NCBI GenBank assembly: GCA_001766815.1
Contig: LYOS01000007.1
Span: forward strand, 1-32,000
Reading direction: 5' to 3'
Length of the DNA stretch: 32,000 nucleotides
Source: Candidatus Syntropharchaeum caldarium
GTDB taxonomy: Archaea > Halobacteriota > Syntropharchaeia > Syntropharchaeales > Syntropharchaeaceae
Part shown: positions 1 to 8,276 of the stretch, piece after piece
How the letters are laid out: every line of letters starts with the position of its first letter
Numbering within the stretch: position 1 is the stretch's first letter
The notes under the pieces: generated by a model
Told to the model about the DNA's origin: nothing
Database searches by the model: none
The model's input: the letters and a program-made list of their open reading frames with translations, nothing else
Translations under genes and position numbers: made by a program

Positions 1-185
1 TGCTTGATCTTCTCTGGTATCATTTTAACAGCTTCGCCCAGGATACTGAGGTTTCTTATGACAGCATCTATAATAAGCTCCTCTTCTCTGAACTCCTCAA
101 GAGTAGTGATATTCTGTGTATATTTTTCAATCTTACATGTAGCTTCGAGCATATCCTCAAAATAAGCGCTATAATCCCTTTGCAT
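1..185 (-). CDS. HEPN-domain (DUF86-type) toxin of a HEPN/MNT pair; C-terminal part cut off by the window edge
   Basis: My manual minus-strand translation from ATG 185-183 gives MQRDYSAYFEDMLEATCKIEKYTQNITTLEEFREEELIIDAVIRNLSILGEAVKMIPEKIK. The block DAVIRNL.I.GEA is typical of DUF86/HEPN proteins. The start overlaps the stop of the upstream MNT gene by 17 nt (169-185), the usual operon layout for this pair. Confidence 0.75.
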   Translation of the reverse strand, partial: MQRDYSAYFEDMLEATCKIEKYTQNITTLEEFREEELIIDAVIRNLSILGEAVKMIPEKIK

Positions 186-471
186 ACTTCACACTACCAA
201 GAATATATGGACGAAGTTTGGGTTTCACAGCCTCAGAAATTACAAGATCGATTTTTTTTTTGTACATATCCTCAAGAAAAAGCTTTAGACCGATGTAACT
301 ATCAAACGTCTTCTTATCTTTCTCAAACTCTACCAGTATATCGATATCACTCTCCTCGTTCTCTTCACCTCTTGTATACGATCCAAATATTCCTATTCTT
401 TTAACCCCAAATCTCCGTATCACATCCCTGTGCTCCTCAATTTCCTTCAATATTTCATCTATTGTATTCAT
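169..471 (-). CDS. Minimal nucleotidyltransferase (MNT) antitoxin
   Basis: 100-aa ORF with the pol-beta-type NTase motif GIFGSYTRGEENEESDIDILVEF (GS..RG...SDxD). Translationally coupled to the downstream HEPN ORF. Confidence 0.85.
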   Translation of the reverse strand: MNTIDEILKEIEEHRDVIRRFGVKRIGIFGSYTRGEENEESDIDILVEFEKDKKTFDSYIGLKLFLEDMYKKKIDLVISEAVKPKLRPYILGSVKYAKGL

Positions 472-510
472 ATATTCTTCACATCTTCAATCCATTCCAG
501 CCCACAGGAT

Positions 511-554
511 CTAAAAATATAAATAAAAAGAGATCGAAGGGCTAAAAACCCTTC
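511..554 (-). terminator. Hairpin plus U-rich tract downstream of the surface-protein gene
   Basis: On the minus strand, about 27 nt after the stop at 582-584, lies GAAGGG-UUUUUAG-CCCUUC (554 to 536). It is followed by GAUCUCUUUUUAUUUAUAUUUUUAG. Oligo-U tracts are the known archaeal termination signal. Confidence 0.45.
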
Positions 555-581
555 AAACCACCTGTAAATTCAGGTTTCTAC

Positions 582-2951
582 TTACTCACGCCTCCGTGCA
601 ACCAGGAACGCTACTGCAAAGAGCCCTGCAAGTGCAAAGATCGCCTCAAAACCTGGCGGCTCCTCGGTTGGCTCTGGTGTTGCCTCGGTTGGCTCTGGTG
701 TTGCAGTCGTCTCGGCTGGTGTCGGTACCTCGGTTACAGTCTCCTCAGGCGTTGCCTCGGTTGGCTCTGGTGTCGCTGTCACCGTTGCAGAGACGATGTT
801 GACCGTTGCCTGAACTGTTCTGTCACCATCATCTGCCTTCACGGTGTAGACACCTACCTCAGCACCAGACGTATCGAACGTCGCAGACCATGTCCCGTTT
901 GATGGATAGACGGTCTGTGGCGTAAGTTCAACAGGACCCTTAACGGTGACAATGATCGCTACATCGCTCTTTCTGTTGGATGTACCTGTAATAACAAGGT
1001 CATCCCCGATTGCAACATCATCTATCTTATCGATCGTGAGTGACTGTTCCTCAACCATGATCGGGATGACCGCGAAGAGATCATCAGATCCTGGTTCTGT
1101 GAGCAGGCCTGAAAGAAGCGTTGCGATGTTCTCCTGCGTCTTTGCAATGAGGATATTCTGTGTGTCAGTCTCTAACGCACCTGAAGTGGAATCAGTTACA
1201 CCAAGATATACATCGAGAGCATCGTATATGCTTGCCTTATTGGTCTTGCCGAACTTACCATCCCTTCCAGGGCTTAAGACTGCTATGAGGTAGGTTCCAC
1301 TTGTTGCATCCTCGCTCGTTGAGATCTTCTTCTCGAATGAGTCATCGGTGTCTGATACAGCTGCACTGTAACCAACGATACCAAACGCCTCGTTGTTGTC
1401 GAGACCATCTCCACCGCCACCTTTCGGATCTACGGAAAGGATAGTGATAGTATCACTTCCTGGTGCTGTACCTCTCACCCAGAAATCATCACCGAGAGCA
1501 ACACTTGTTGTAGAGAGTTCGGCATCGAGTGTACCCTCTTTCATAAGAACCGCGGTGGTACCGTCATCATCTTCGCTACTTGAAACTGCACCTACGCCTC
1601 CTGTGGTCCTGTCGATGTAAGCCTTGAGCCTGACCGATCCAGGTACCTTGAACTTGGATATAGATGTTGAGCCTGTATTGATTTCCTTCTCAAACTCACC
1701 GTTCTCATCTATTACAAGGTCATTGAGGCTTGAGTATACATAATCCTCCACAGCAATATCAACCGTATCTCCTGTGTTTGCAGTTCCTTTTATCACAAGC
1801 TTGTCACCAATCGTTGCAACAGAGACCATGTCAAAGGTTACTGCTTTCTCTTCGACTGAGATATCGACAGTTTCTGTCTCACCGGTCACATTATCCCATA
1901 CCGTGATTGTATAGGATCCCGTATCATCAAAATAGACGGCATAGGTCTTCGTCCCATCCTCATCCAGAGTATCACCAAAGGTGTAGGTACTTGCAGTGTT
2001 GGGATTATCCTCCTGCCCCGCAGGGAATATCACATGGCTGTCATTTCCTGAGATCAGTATACCTCTATTTGCAACACCGGTCACGGTGAGCTTTATTGTC
2101 TCAAGCTCAACAGCTGATGTCTTCTCAGCAGAGATATCAATCTCACCCTTGTTCACTGAAAGTGTCTGCTCTGCGCTCACCATTTCCTGGCCCTGTGCAT
2201 ACTCCTCGTTAGTCTCCATATAAATTCTGTACGTACCGACCTGCCATCCTGTTGTGTTTATACCGTTCGAACTGTAGTCCAAAAGCTTGGACATATTGAT
2301 ATCTTTGAAGTCCTGTGTGGAATCAGCCGGGTTCTCTGTTAACTGGACACCGTCTGGGTTGATGATTACCAGATTGACCGAGTCGTTTGCTTCAAGATCC
2401 GGACTTGTCTCAATCTTGAGGGTCGTCCCTTTCGTGATACTCGATACGGTCTTTGTTCCAACCTTCATCTCGAACGTCCATGTAGATGGCTCTGAGACTG
2501 AGATGTTCATTGAATTGTTCGATGGATCTGAGGTATCCCAAATCACCTTGTATTTACCGGTCTTTGTCAGCGTACCGGCGTCGAAGTAAATGCCCTGGAG
2601 ATCTATTGTATCACTCGCGCATGACCCATTTCCTACGCTCTCAGTCCGTGTTGTTGTAACCGTCTTGACATATCCTTCAGTGTTGGTGTCATCATAACCC
2701 TCTATCTTGATTGAACTTGGAAGTGTTCCATTAACGAATAGAATCTCCTGTCCAATTATAACCGAGTCATCGTCACCATTTGTAAGGTTTAGAATCTTAA
2801 CGCCTGGATTGACACAATAGTTACTGACATTCATTGTATAGCTGCCTGTAGAATCTGTTGCCCCCACCGTCGGCACCCATGCTGTAAAGACCGACATCAC
2901 CATTATCCCCGTCAATACTATACTGAGTAATCTCTTACTCATTTTCATCAT
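582..2951 (-). CDS. Secreted surface (S-layer-type) glycoprotein with PGF-CTERM anchor
   Basis: 789 aa with an N-terminal signal peptide (KRLLSIVLTGIMVMSVFTAWVPTVGA). A beta-domain motif recurs three times (GDKLVIKGTANTGDTVDIAV, GDDFWVRGTAPGSDTITIL, GDDLVITGTSNRKSDVAIIV), and there are many N-x-S/T sequons. A Thr/Pro/Glu linker precedes the terminal PGFEAIFALAGLFAVAFLVARRRE, which is PGF-CTERM (archaeosortase A sorting signal). A strong SD (AGGAGG) lies upstream of ATG 2951. Confidence 0.85.
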   Translation of the reverse strand: MMKMSKRLLSIVLTGIMVMSVFTAWVPTVGATDSTGSYTMNVSNYCVNPGVKILNLTNGDDDSVIIGQEILFVNGTLPSSIKIEGYDDTNTEGYVKTVTTTRTESVGNGSCASDTIDLQGIYFDAGTLTKTGKYKVIWDTSDPSNNSMNISVSEPSTWTFEMKVGTKTVSSITKGTTLKIETSPDLEANDSVNLVIINPDGVQLTENPADSTQDFKDINMSKLLDYSSNGINTTGWQVGTYRIYMETNEEYAQGQEMVSAEQTLSVNKGEIDISAEKTSAVELETIKLTVTGVANRGILISGNDSHVIFPAGQEDNPNTASTYTFGDTLDEDGTKTYAVYFDDTGSYTITVWDNVTGETETVDISVEEKAVTFDMVSVATIGDKLVIKGTANTGDTVDIAVEDYVYSSLNDLVIDENGEFEKEINTGSTSISKFKVPGSVRLKAYIDRTTGGVGAVSSSEDDDGTTAVLMKEGTLDAELSTTSVALGDDFWVRGTAPGSDTITILSVDPKGGGGDGLDNNEAFGIVGYSAAVSDTDDSFEKKISTSEDATSGTYLIAVLSPGRDGKFGKTNKASIYDALDVYLGVTDSTSGALETDTQNILIAKTQENIATLLSGLLTEPGSDDLFAVIPIMVEEQSLTIDKIDDVAIGDDLVITGTSNRKSDVAIIVTVKGPVELTPQTVYPSNGTWSATFDTSGAEVGVYTVKADDGDRTVQATVNIVSATVTATPEPTEATPEETVTEVPTPAETTATPEPTEATPEPTEEPPGFEAIFALAGLFAVAFLVARRRE
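662..775. repeat. In-frame 21-nt repeat encoding the TPEPTEA linker
   Basis: cctcggttggctctggtgttg occurs in exact tandem at 662-682 and 683-703. A third copy with one mismatch lies at 755-775. All three are inside the C-terminal linker of the surface-protein gene. Confidence 0.9.
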
Positions 2952-2995
2952 TTAATTCCTCCTTTTATTTTTTTGATATTTACCAAGTTGAGCCA

Positions 2996-3055
2996 CACTC
3001 CCCTTTTATCCCCGCTCTTTGTCCTACCAAAGGTGGACGCAGGGATAAAAGAGTG
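2996..3055 (-). promoter_or_regulatory. Nested hairpin in the predicted 5' leader of the surface-protein gene
   Basis: The minus-strand RNA has an outer stem CACUC-UUUUAUCCC pairing with GGGAUAAAA-(GGG bulge)-GAGUG. This encloses an inner hairpin GUCCACC-UUU-GGUAGGAC. A TATA-like TTTATATAT (minus strand, about 3098-3110) lies upstream, so the hairpin would sit within a leader of roughly 125 nt. Confidence 0.4.
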
Positions 3056-3411
3056 CAACTCCTCTCAGTAAACATTCAAGGAAAGTAATGCAAAGCCAAT
3101 ATATAAACTTTTGTCCTTTATTCCAATATTGTTGCGTACACCTGGCAACAAGATTGTGGTTATCTGCATCACCATCCCCTCGCGACCGCTATTACGGCCT
3201 GTATCCTTATGTGTTACTTCTTATTTATATGCTTTACGGTATTAAGGCGTGTTTTGTGCCTCATCACCGCAAGCTCAAGTTCAATCTTCGTAAACCTGTG
3301 TTTCAGGCAAGCATTTGTATCCTTCTCTTTTCTCTTTTGTACTTGTATTAAATAGCGAACCAAAAAGTTCTTTTACCCAGGAATGTAAGGGAGCGTGGGT
3401 GTGATTTCAGG

Positions 3412-6246
3412 ATGAAAAGATACGAGTTCAAGCAGATAGAATCAAAATGGCAGCGTATCTGGGAAGAGGGACGGGTGTATGAAGTAGATCCGGGCCAGGG
3501 TGAAAAGTTTTACCTGAATGTTGCATATCCATATCCCTCCGGCGCGATGCACATCGGGCATGGTAGAACGTACACTGTACCTGACGTTATAGCGAGGTTT
3601 AAGCGGATGCAGGGGTATAATGTTCTCTTCCCGATGGGTTTTCATGTGACGGGCACACCCGTGATCGGGGTCTCCAACAGGATAGCAAGGGGGGATAAGG
3701 AGGCTATAAAACTTTACAGAGATGTTTACAGGGTTCCAAAGGATGTGATGGAGCGTTTTGTCGATCCAAATGAGATTGTCAGTTATTTCAGCAGCAATTA
3801 TACAGCAATTATGAAATCAATGGGGCTCTCGATCGACTGGAGGCGGAGGTTCACAACGGTTGATCCGCAGTACAGCAGGTTCATCACATGGCAGTACAAT
3901 CAGCTGAAGGCAAAGGGGCTTGTGGCAAAGGGTGAGCATCCTGTTAAATACTGTCCTAACTGTGACAACCCGATAGGGGATCATGATCTTCTTTCAGGTG
4001 AGAAAGCTACAATCAGTGAGTTTACCATTATCAAGTTCCACCTTCCTGACGGAACTGTGATTCCAACTGCAACACTCCGTTCTGAAACGCTTTACGGTGT
4101 TACAAATCTCTGGATAAACCCTGATGGTGATTACGTCACCGTACTCCTTAAAAACAAGAATGAAAGGTGGCTTCTTAGCAGAGAAGCAGCAGAGAAGCTC
4201 AAATATCAGGATTTTGACCTTGAGATCGAGTCACTTGTGAAGGGTTCGAGGTTCATCGACAGGATGGTAAAGAATCCCCTGAATGATGAAATGGTGGAGA
4301 TTTTACCTGCAAAATTTGTTGACGTAGATATGGGCACAGGTATTGTGATGAGCGTCCCTGCACATGCTCCATTTGACTATATCGCACTTCGAGATCTGCA
4401 AGATGCTGGAAAGTACAGGGATATTCATCCAATTCCTGTTATCAGGATCGAAGGTTATGGAAAAATTCCAGCTGCCGATGTTGTGGACAGGATGAAGATC
4501 AAGAATCAGGAGGATGAGAAACTCGCCGATGCAACCGAAGAGCTTTACGCTGCAGAATTTAACCGTGGTGTGATGTTACAGGAGTTTGGTGGAGAAGGTG
4601 TCGCTACGGCGCGAGAGCGGGTTAAAAAAATTCTCACAGGACGCGGGGATGCCGCGGTGATGTATGAGTTCAGTGAGCGCCCTGTTATGTGCAGGTGCAA
4701 CACGTCTGCCGTCATCAAACTCCTCAAGGATCAGTGGTTTGTTAGATATAGTGACAAGGACTGGAAAGCATCTGTGAAAGAGTGCATCCGTAATCGTACA
4801 AAATTGATCCCTGCTGAGCTTGAAAGCGAGTTTTTGAGGACAGTTGACTGGCTCAATGATTGGGCATGCACGAGGAAAGTTGGACTCGGCACACCCCTTC
4901 CATGGGACCCCGCCTGGATCATCGAACCGCTGAGTGATTCAACGATCTACATGGCATACTATACGATCGCTCATCACCTGAAAGAGATCGACCCGGAGCT
5001 TCTTGATGATCAGGTATTTGACAGTATCTTTCTGGGAAAGGATGGTGTATGCAGGATCGACCCGGAGCTTCTCGCTGATATGCAGGCAGAATTTCTGTAC
5101 TGGTATCCCTATAATTACAGGCTTTCTGCAAAGGATCTGATCTCAAACCACCTCACATTTCAGCTCTTCCACCACACGGCGATATTCAGAGACGAACATC
5201 TTCCAGAAGGGATCGTTGTCTTTGGTATCGGACTTCTCGAAGGTGAGAAAATGAGTTCCTCAAAGGGGAACGTAATACTCTTAAGCGATGCAATCGAGAA
5301 GTATGGGGCAGATACAGTCCGTGCTTTTCTGATGGGGTCTGCAGAACCATGGCAGGACTTTGACTGGCGTGATGAGCAGGTTATAGCGACCAGGCGCCAC
5401 CTCGAGCGGTTCTGGAATACAGTAAACGAGATCATCGAGATGGGGGACGGGAAAAAGGAGCTTGAGTCGATCGATTACTGGCTTCTCAATCGGCTTCAGA
5501 ATCGAATAAAAGCTGCAACCGATGCACTTGAGAGATTTTCAACAAGAAGTGCTTTTCAGGAGACTTTCTTTGGTATTGAGAGCGATCTCAGGTGGTACAG
5601 GCGACGGACTGTAATATCACGATCGGGAGCGATATGGACGATGCAATATCTTGTGGATTGCTGGGTCAGGCTTCTTGCACCGTTTGTACCGTTTATAACA
5701 GCAGAGCTTATGAGTTTGATGGGAAAGAGCGATCCGAGCAATGAAAAACTGCCCGTTCTCAACGAAGAGTTTGTAAATCCAGAATTTGAACTTGAAGAAC
5801 GGCTTGTTGAGACAACCTATAACGATATAAATGAGATCCTGAAGGTTACAAAGATCAAACCCCAGCGGATAATACTCTACTCCGCTCCTCTGTGGAAACA
5901 GGAGTTAAGAAAAATCATTCTATCAAAACGAAAAGAAGGTAGGGTTGAGATGGGTGATGTGATGAAGGAAGTTATGAGAGATCCGGTTATGCAAAAACGC
6001 GGTAAAGAAGTATCAAAGCTCATAAAGCGCATGATCGATGAGTATCAGGGGATTGACGAGCAGGAGATCGATCTACTTCTCTCACGTGAGATCAACGAAT
6101 ATGAGGTGCTCAGTGCTGCAGCGGAGTTCTTCCAGCGGGAATTTAATGCGCATGTATCGGTATTCGATGCAGAAGATCCTTCATATGATCCTGCCAGAAA
6201 GAGCATCCATGCATATCCGATGAAACCGGCAATCTTTCTGGAGTGA
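3412..6246 (+). CDS. leuS: Leucyl-tRNA synthetase, archaeal type
   Basis: 944 aa with class I aaRS HIGH motif (PSGAMHIGHGRTY) and KMSKS motif (EKMSSSKGN). Editing-domain insertion and archaeal-type C-terminal extension are present. The sequence reads as LeuRS throughout. Confidence 0.96.
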   Translation: MKRYEFKQIESKWQRIWEEGRVYEVDPGQGEKFYLNVAYPYPSGAMHIGHGRTYTVPDVIARFKRMQGYNVLFPMGFHVTGTPVIGVSNRIARGDKEAIKLYRDVYRVPKDVMERFVDPNEIVSYFSSNYTAIMKSMGLSIDWRRRFTTVDPQYSRFITWQYNQLKAKGLVAKGEHPVKYCPNCDNPIGDHDLLSGEKATISEFTIIKFHLPDGTVIPTATLRSETLYGVTNLWINPDGDYVTVLLKNKNERWLLSREAAEKLKYQDFDLEIESLVKGSRFIDRMVKNPLNDEMVEILPAKFVDVDMGTGIVMSVPAHAPFDYIALRDLQDAGKYRDIHPIPVIRIEGYGKIPAADVVDRMKIKNQEDEKLADATEELYAAEFNRGVMLQEFGGEGVATARERVKKILTGRGDAAVMYEFSERPVMCRCNTSAVIKLLKDQWFVRYSDKDWKASVKECIRNRTKLIPAELESEFLRTVDWLNDWACTRKVGLGTPLPWDPAWIIEPLSDSTIYMAYYTIAHHLKEIDPELLDDQVFDSIFLGKDGVCRIDPELLADMQAEFLYWYPYNYRLSAKDLISNHLTFQLFHHTAIFRDEHLPEGIVVFGIGLLEGEKMSSSKGNVILLSDAIEKYGADTVRAFLMGSAEPWQDFDWRDEQVIATRRHLERFWNTVNEIIEMGDGKKELESIDYWLLNRLQNRIKAATDALERFSTRSAFQETFFGIESDLRWYRRRTVISRSGAIWTMQYLVDCWVRLLAPFVPFITAELMSLMGKSDPSNEKLPVLNEEFVNPEFELEERLVETTYNDINEILKVTKIKPQRIILYSAPLWKQELRKIILSKRKEGRVEMGDVMKEVMRDPVMQKRGKEVSKLIKRMIDEYQGIDEQEIDLLLSREINEYEVLSAAAEFFQREFNAHVSVFDAEDPSYDPARKSIHAYPMKPAIFLE

Positions 6247-6252
6247 TCTCCT

Positions 6253-7155
6253 ATGTATGAGAGTTTCATCTTTGAGGGTGGATCTTATCGACACCGTGAG
6301 CTTGTTGAGCTGATCGAGGATCTTGGTGGATATATCATAACCAGGCGGATCTTTGCTCAGGAAGCGCATATCACATTCACAGCCCCCTCTGAAGATTACG
6401 GGATGATAGAAGAGGTTGCATCAAATCTCAATGGACAGATCAGGGAGGCGCCGCTTCTTGGGACTGAGATAGCGGTTGTAACGCCAACCATCACACGCCA
6501 CCACCTGCCACATTCGGTCTGTGATGTGGCAGAGATGCTGCGTCGCAGGGGTGCACAGACAAACGTTATAGGGCTTGCAAGGGGGGTTGGCAGGCGGACC
6601 GCACAGTTAACATCGAGGGAACGGCAGATCATTGAGGAACACGATCTCTGTCTGATCGGGCTCGGAAATTTCAAAAAATGCATCGAGGAGAAGCTTGAGG
6701 TATTCAGGAGTTTAAAAGTTCCAGTTGTTGCACATGGTCTTCCCGAGTTAGAGGTGGAGGGTATAAGGTACGTAGCATCGCTGGGAAGGCTTCCGTACAC
6801 CTTCAAGCGATTGAATGAGATCGACATCCTTAAAAAAATCTCAGATGAGGTTGCAAAGGCAATCAAAGAACTGAAAGAGGAAATTGCAATCGACCCGCCA
6901 TTTGTTCCGCCATGGGTTGTCACAGATGAACTGCTCCATCAGGTCGAGGACATCAGGTACTCACTCGCACCTGCACCGATTGTACAGCGAATAAACGGAG
7001 TCAGGATCAAGCTTCCCTATGATGATTATCATCGGGCAGTTGAAAATGTGGTGATAAGTGATCGAAAGCTCTCTGAGATAGCCAGGATCAAAAGATCGGT
7101 CAATCGCAGTAGAATACTTGTGGAGCTTATCCCGATGTCACTTTTAAATACTTGA
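6253..7155 (+). CDS. Conserved hypothetical protein, possibly methanogenesis marker protein 7 (Mmp7)-like
   Basis: 300-aa ORF starting 6 nt after leuS, with GGAGTGATC upstream. The N-terminus (MYESFIFEGGSYRHRELVELIEDLGGYI) and the TRHHLPHSVCD block match my recollection of the methanogen-restricted marker-7 family. The family call is from memory only. The CDS call itself is solid. Confidence 0.55.
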   Translation: MYESFIFEGGSYRHRELVELIEDLGGYIITRRIFAQEAHITFTAPSEDYGMIEEVASNLNGQIREAPLLGTEIAVVTPTITRHHLPHSVCDVAEMLRRRGAQTNVIGLARGVGRRTAQLTSRERQIIEEHDLCLIGLGNFKKCIEEKLEVFRSLKVPVVAHGLPELEVEGIRYVASLGRLPYTFKRLNEIDILKKISDEVAKAIKELKEEIAIDPPFVPPWVVTDELLHQVEDIRYSLAPAPIVQRINGVRIKLPYDDYHRAVENVVISDRKLSEIARIKRSVNRSRILVELIPMSLLNT

Positions 7156-7165
7156 AGATCGATGT

Positions 7166-7741
7166 ATGAACATGTTGAGTGAAGAAGAGGGCAAAGAAGC
7201 ACTCAGACTTGCAAGAGATGCAATCGAGGCGTACATAAGGGATGGTAAACGTATAAACCCCGATGAGTACAAACTGTCACCGGTCTTTGATGAGAAACGT
7301 GGTGTATTTGTCACGATAAACAAGCAGGGAGCTTTGAGGGGGTGCATTGGATTCCCATATCCCGTGATGCAACTCAAAAATGCGATTGTGGAGGCGGCAA
7401 TAAGTGCAGCATCAAGTGACCCGCGTTTTCCCTCGCTATCACCCGACGAGCTTGAAAAGATTGAACTTGAGGTTACAGTTCTTACAGAGCCCATAAAACT
7501 TGATGTGAAGCCAAAGGATCGGGCAAATGCGATTATTATAGGTAAACATGGTCTGATCGTTCGAAACGGTCCATACCAGGGGCTTCTCCTTCCACAGGTT
7601 GCACTCGAATGGGGATGGGATGCAGTAACATTTCTGGAGCAGACCTGTCTAAAAGCAGGGTTAACCCCTGATATGTGGCTCGATGAGAAGACTGATGTCA
7701 GCATCTTTGAAGGACAGATCTTCCGTGAAGAACGCCACTGA
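7166..7741 (+). CDS. AMMECR1-domain protein
   Basis: 191 aa. Contains GVFVTINKQGALRGCIGFPYP (the RGCIG signature), DPRFP and GLLLPQV blocks typical of AMMECR1. Confidence 0.9.
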   Translation: MNMLSEEEGKEALRLARDAIEAYIRDGKRINPDEYKLSPVFDEKRGVFVTINKQGALRGCIGFPYPVMQLKNAIVEAAISAASSDPRFPSLSPDELEKIELEVTVLTEPIKLDVKPKDRANAIIIGKHGLIVRNGPYQGLLLPQVALEWGWDAVTFLEQTCLKAGLTPDMWLDEKTDVSIFEGQIFREERH

Positions 7742-7751
7742 ACAGGCCGAG

Positions 7752-8276
7752 ATGGTTAAACGGCTATTTCTGCAGGATAAGCCAGCCGAGATTCTCCTCA
7801 CGATATCGGAGATGAAACACCCCTACACATCAAAGGTGATCAAACAGGTGGATACAACCTTTGCACATGCTTTAAAAATCCTGTCGGCGATGGAAGAGCT
7901 TGGCATTCTCAAATCTGAAAAGACAGGACGGATCCGGATGCTGAAACTCACACCTTACGGCGAAAAGCTTGCAAAATCCATGAACGCACTCCTTATGGCC
8001 TGCAGTCAGGACCTCGATGTGAGGACTGAAAAAAAGATGGATGCTGGAGATCAACTCTGTTTTAAGCTCGATCAGATATACGCCGAGGAGATCGAGGGAA
8101 GAAAGCGTTTACGCCATAAGGATCGTGTTAGAATCTCAAGAAGGCTTGCACCTTATGAGCGCGAACTCAAAAAGCTTGAAAAGATCTCCAAAAACGAAGA
8201 CGATCCTGTAATTACTAAAATAAGAGAAAAAATAAGGGAAATAAAAATAGAAAAGGAAAGACTCACGCATCCTTGA
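7752..8276 (+). CDS. Winged-helix DNA-binding protein with Lys/Glu-rich coiled-coil tail
   Basis: Probable start is ATG 7752 (MVKRLF...); the track ORF from 7683 overlaps AMMECR1. An HTH-like segment is YTSKVIKQVDTTFAHALKILSAMEELGILKSEKTGRIRMLKLT. The C-terminus is a charged helix (KKLEKISK...IREIKIEKERL). Confidence 0.6.
   Translation: MVKRLFLQDKPAEILLTISEMKHPYTSKVIKQVDTTFAHALKILSAMEELGILKSEKTGRIRMLKLTPYGEKLAKSMNALLMACSQDLDVRTEKKMDAGDQLCFKLDQIYAEEIEGRKRLRHKDRVRISRRLAPYERELKKLEKISKNEDDPVITKIREKIREIKIEKERLTHP

Noticed and set aside
662-775. Short tandem and dispersed repeats considered as a possible CRISPR-like or satellite array.
   Set aside because: The repeats are in-frame within a coding region and encode a TPEPTEA linker. 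There are only three copies and no spacer structure.
3088-3351. 87-aa plus-strand ORF in the long spacer upstream of leuS.
   Set aside because: The composition is implausible (Cys/Tyr/Leu-rich). There is no RBS, it spans promoter-like AT-rich elements, and I recognise no homology. The region is treated as non-coding, though it is flagged as unusually long.
4986-5072. 18-nt exact direct repeat (gatcgacccggagcttct) inside leuS at 4986-5003 and 5055-5072. Also a 12-nt tandem duplication (gatcgggcggtt x2) in nfo at 26231-26254.
   Set aside because: Both are in-frame and encode short repeated peptide motifs (IDPELL twice; DRAV twice) within otherwise normal-length proteins. They are most simply small internal duplications without separate function.
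6396-6923. 175-aa minus-strand ORF inside the marker-7-like gene. Similar long antisense ORFs lie at 7144-7704, 8897-9481, 10433-11038, 13561-13947, 14141-14626, 21540-21992, 24501-24917 and 29625-30059.
   Set aside because: All lie fully antisense to ORFs with clear family signatures. Their translations are Ser/Arg/Pro/Cys-rich low-complexity sequence without motifs, and they lack RBS or promoter context. They are typical shadow ORFs.
7683-7751. N-terminal extensions offered by the ORF track. These are 7683 for the wHTH gene, 14442 for the platform gene and 19473 for the third pilin-like gene (which includes an HSHPHHHH run).
   Set aside because: Each extension is an alternative-frame read through the 3' end of the upstream, well-supported gene. 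Internal ATGs just after the upstream stop give sensible N-termini.
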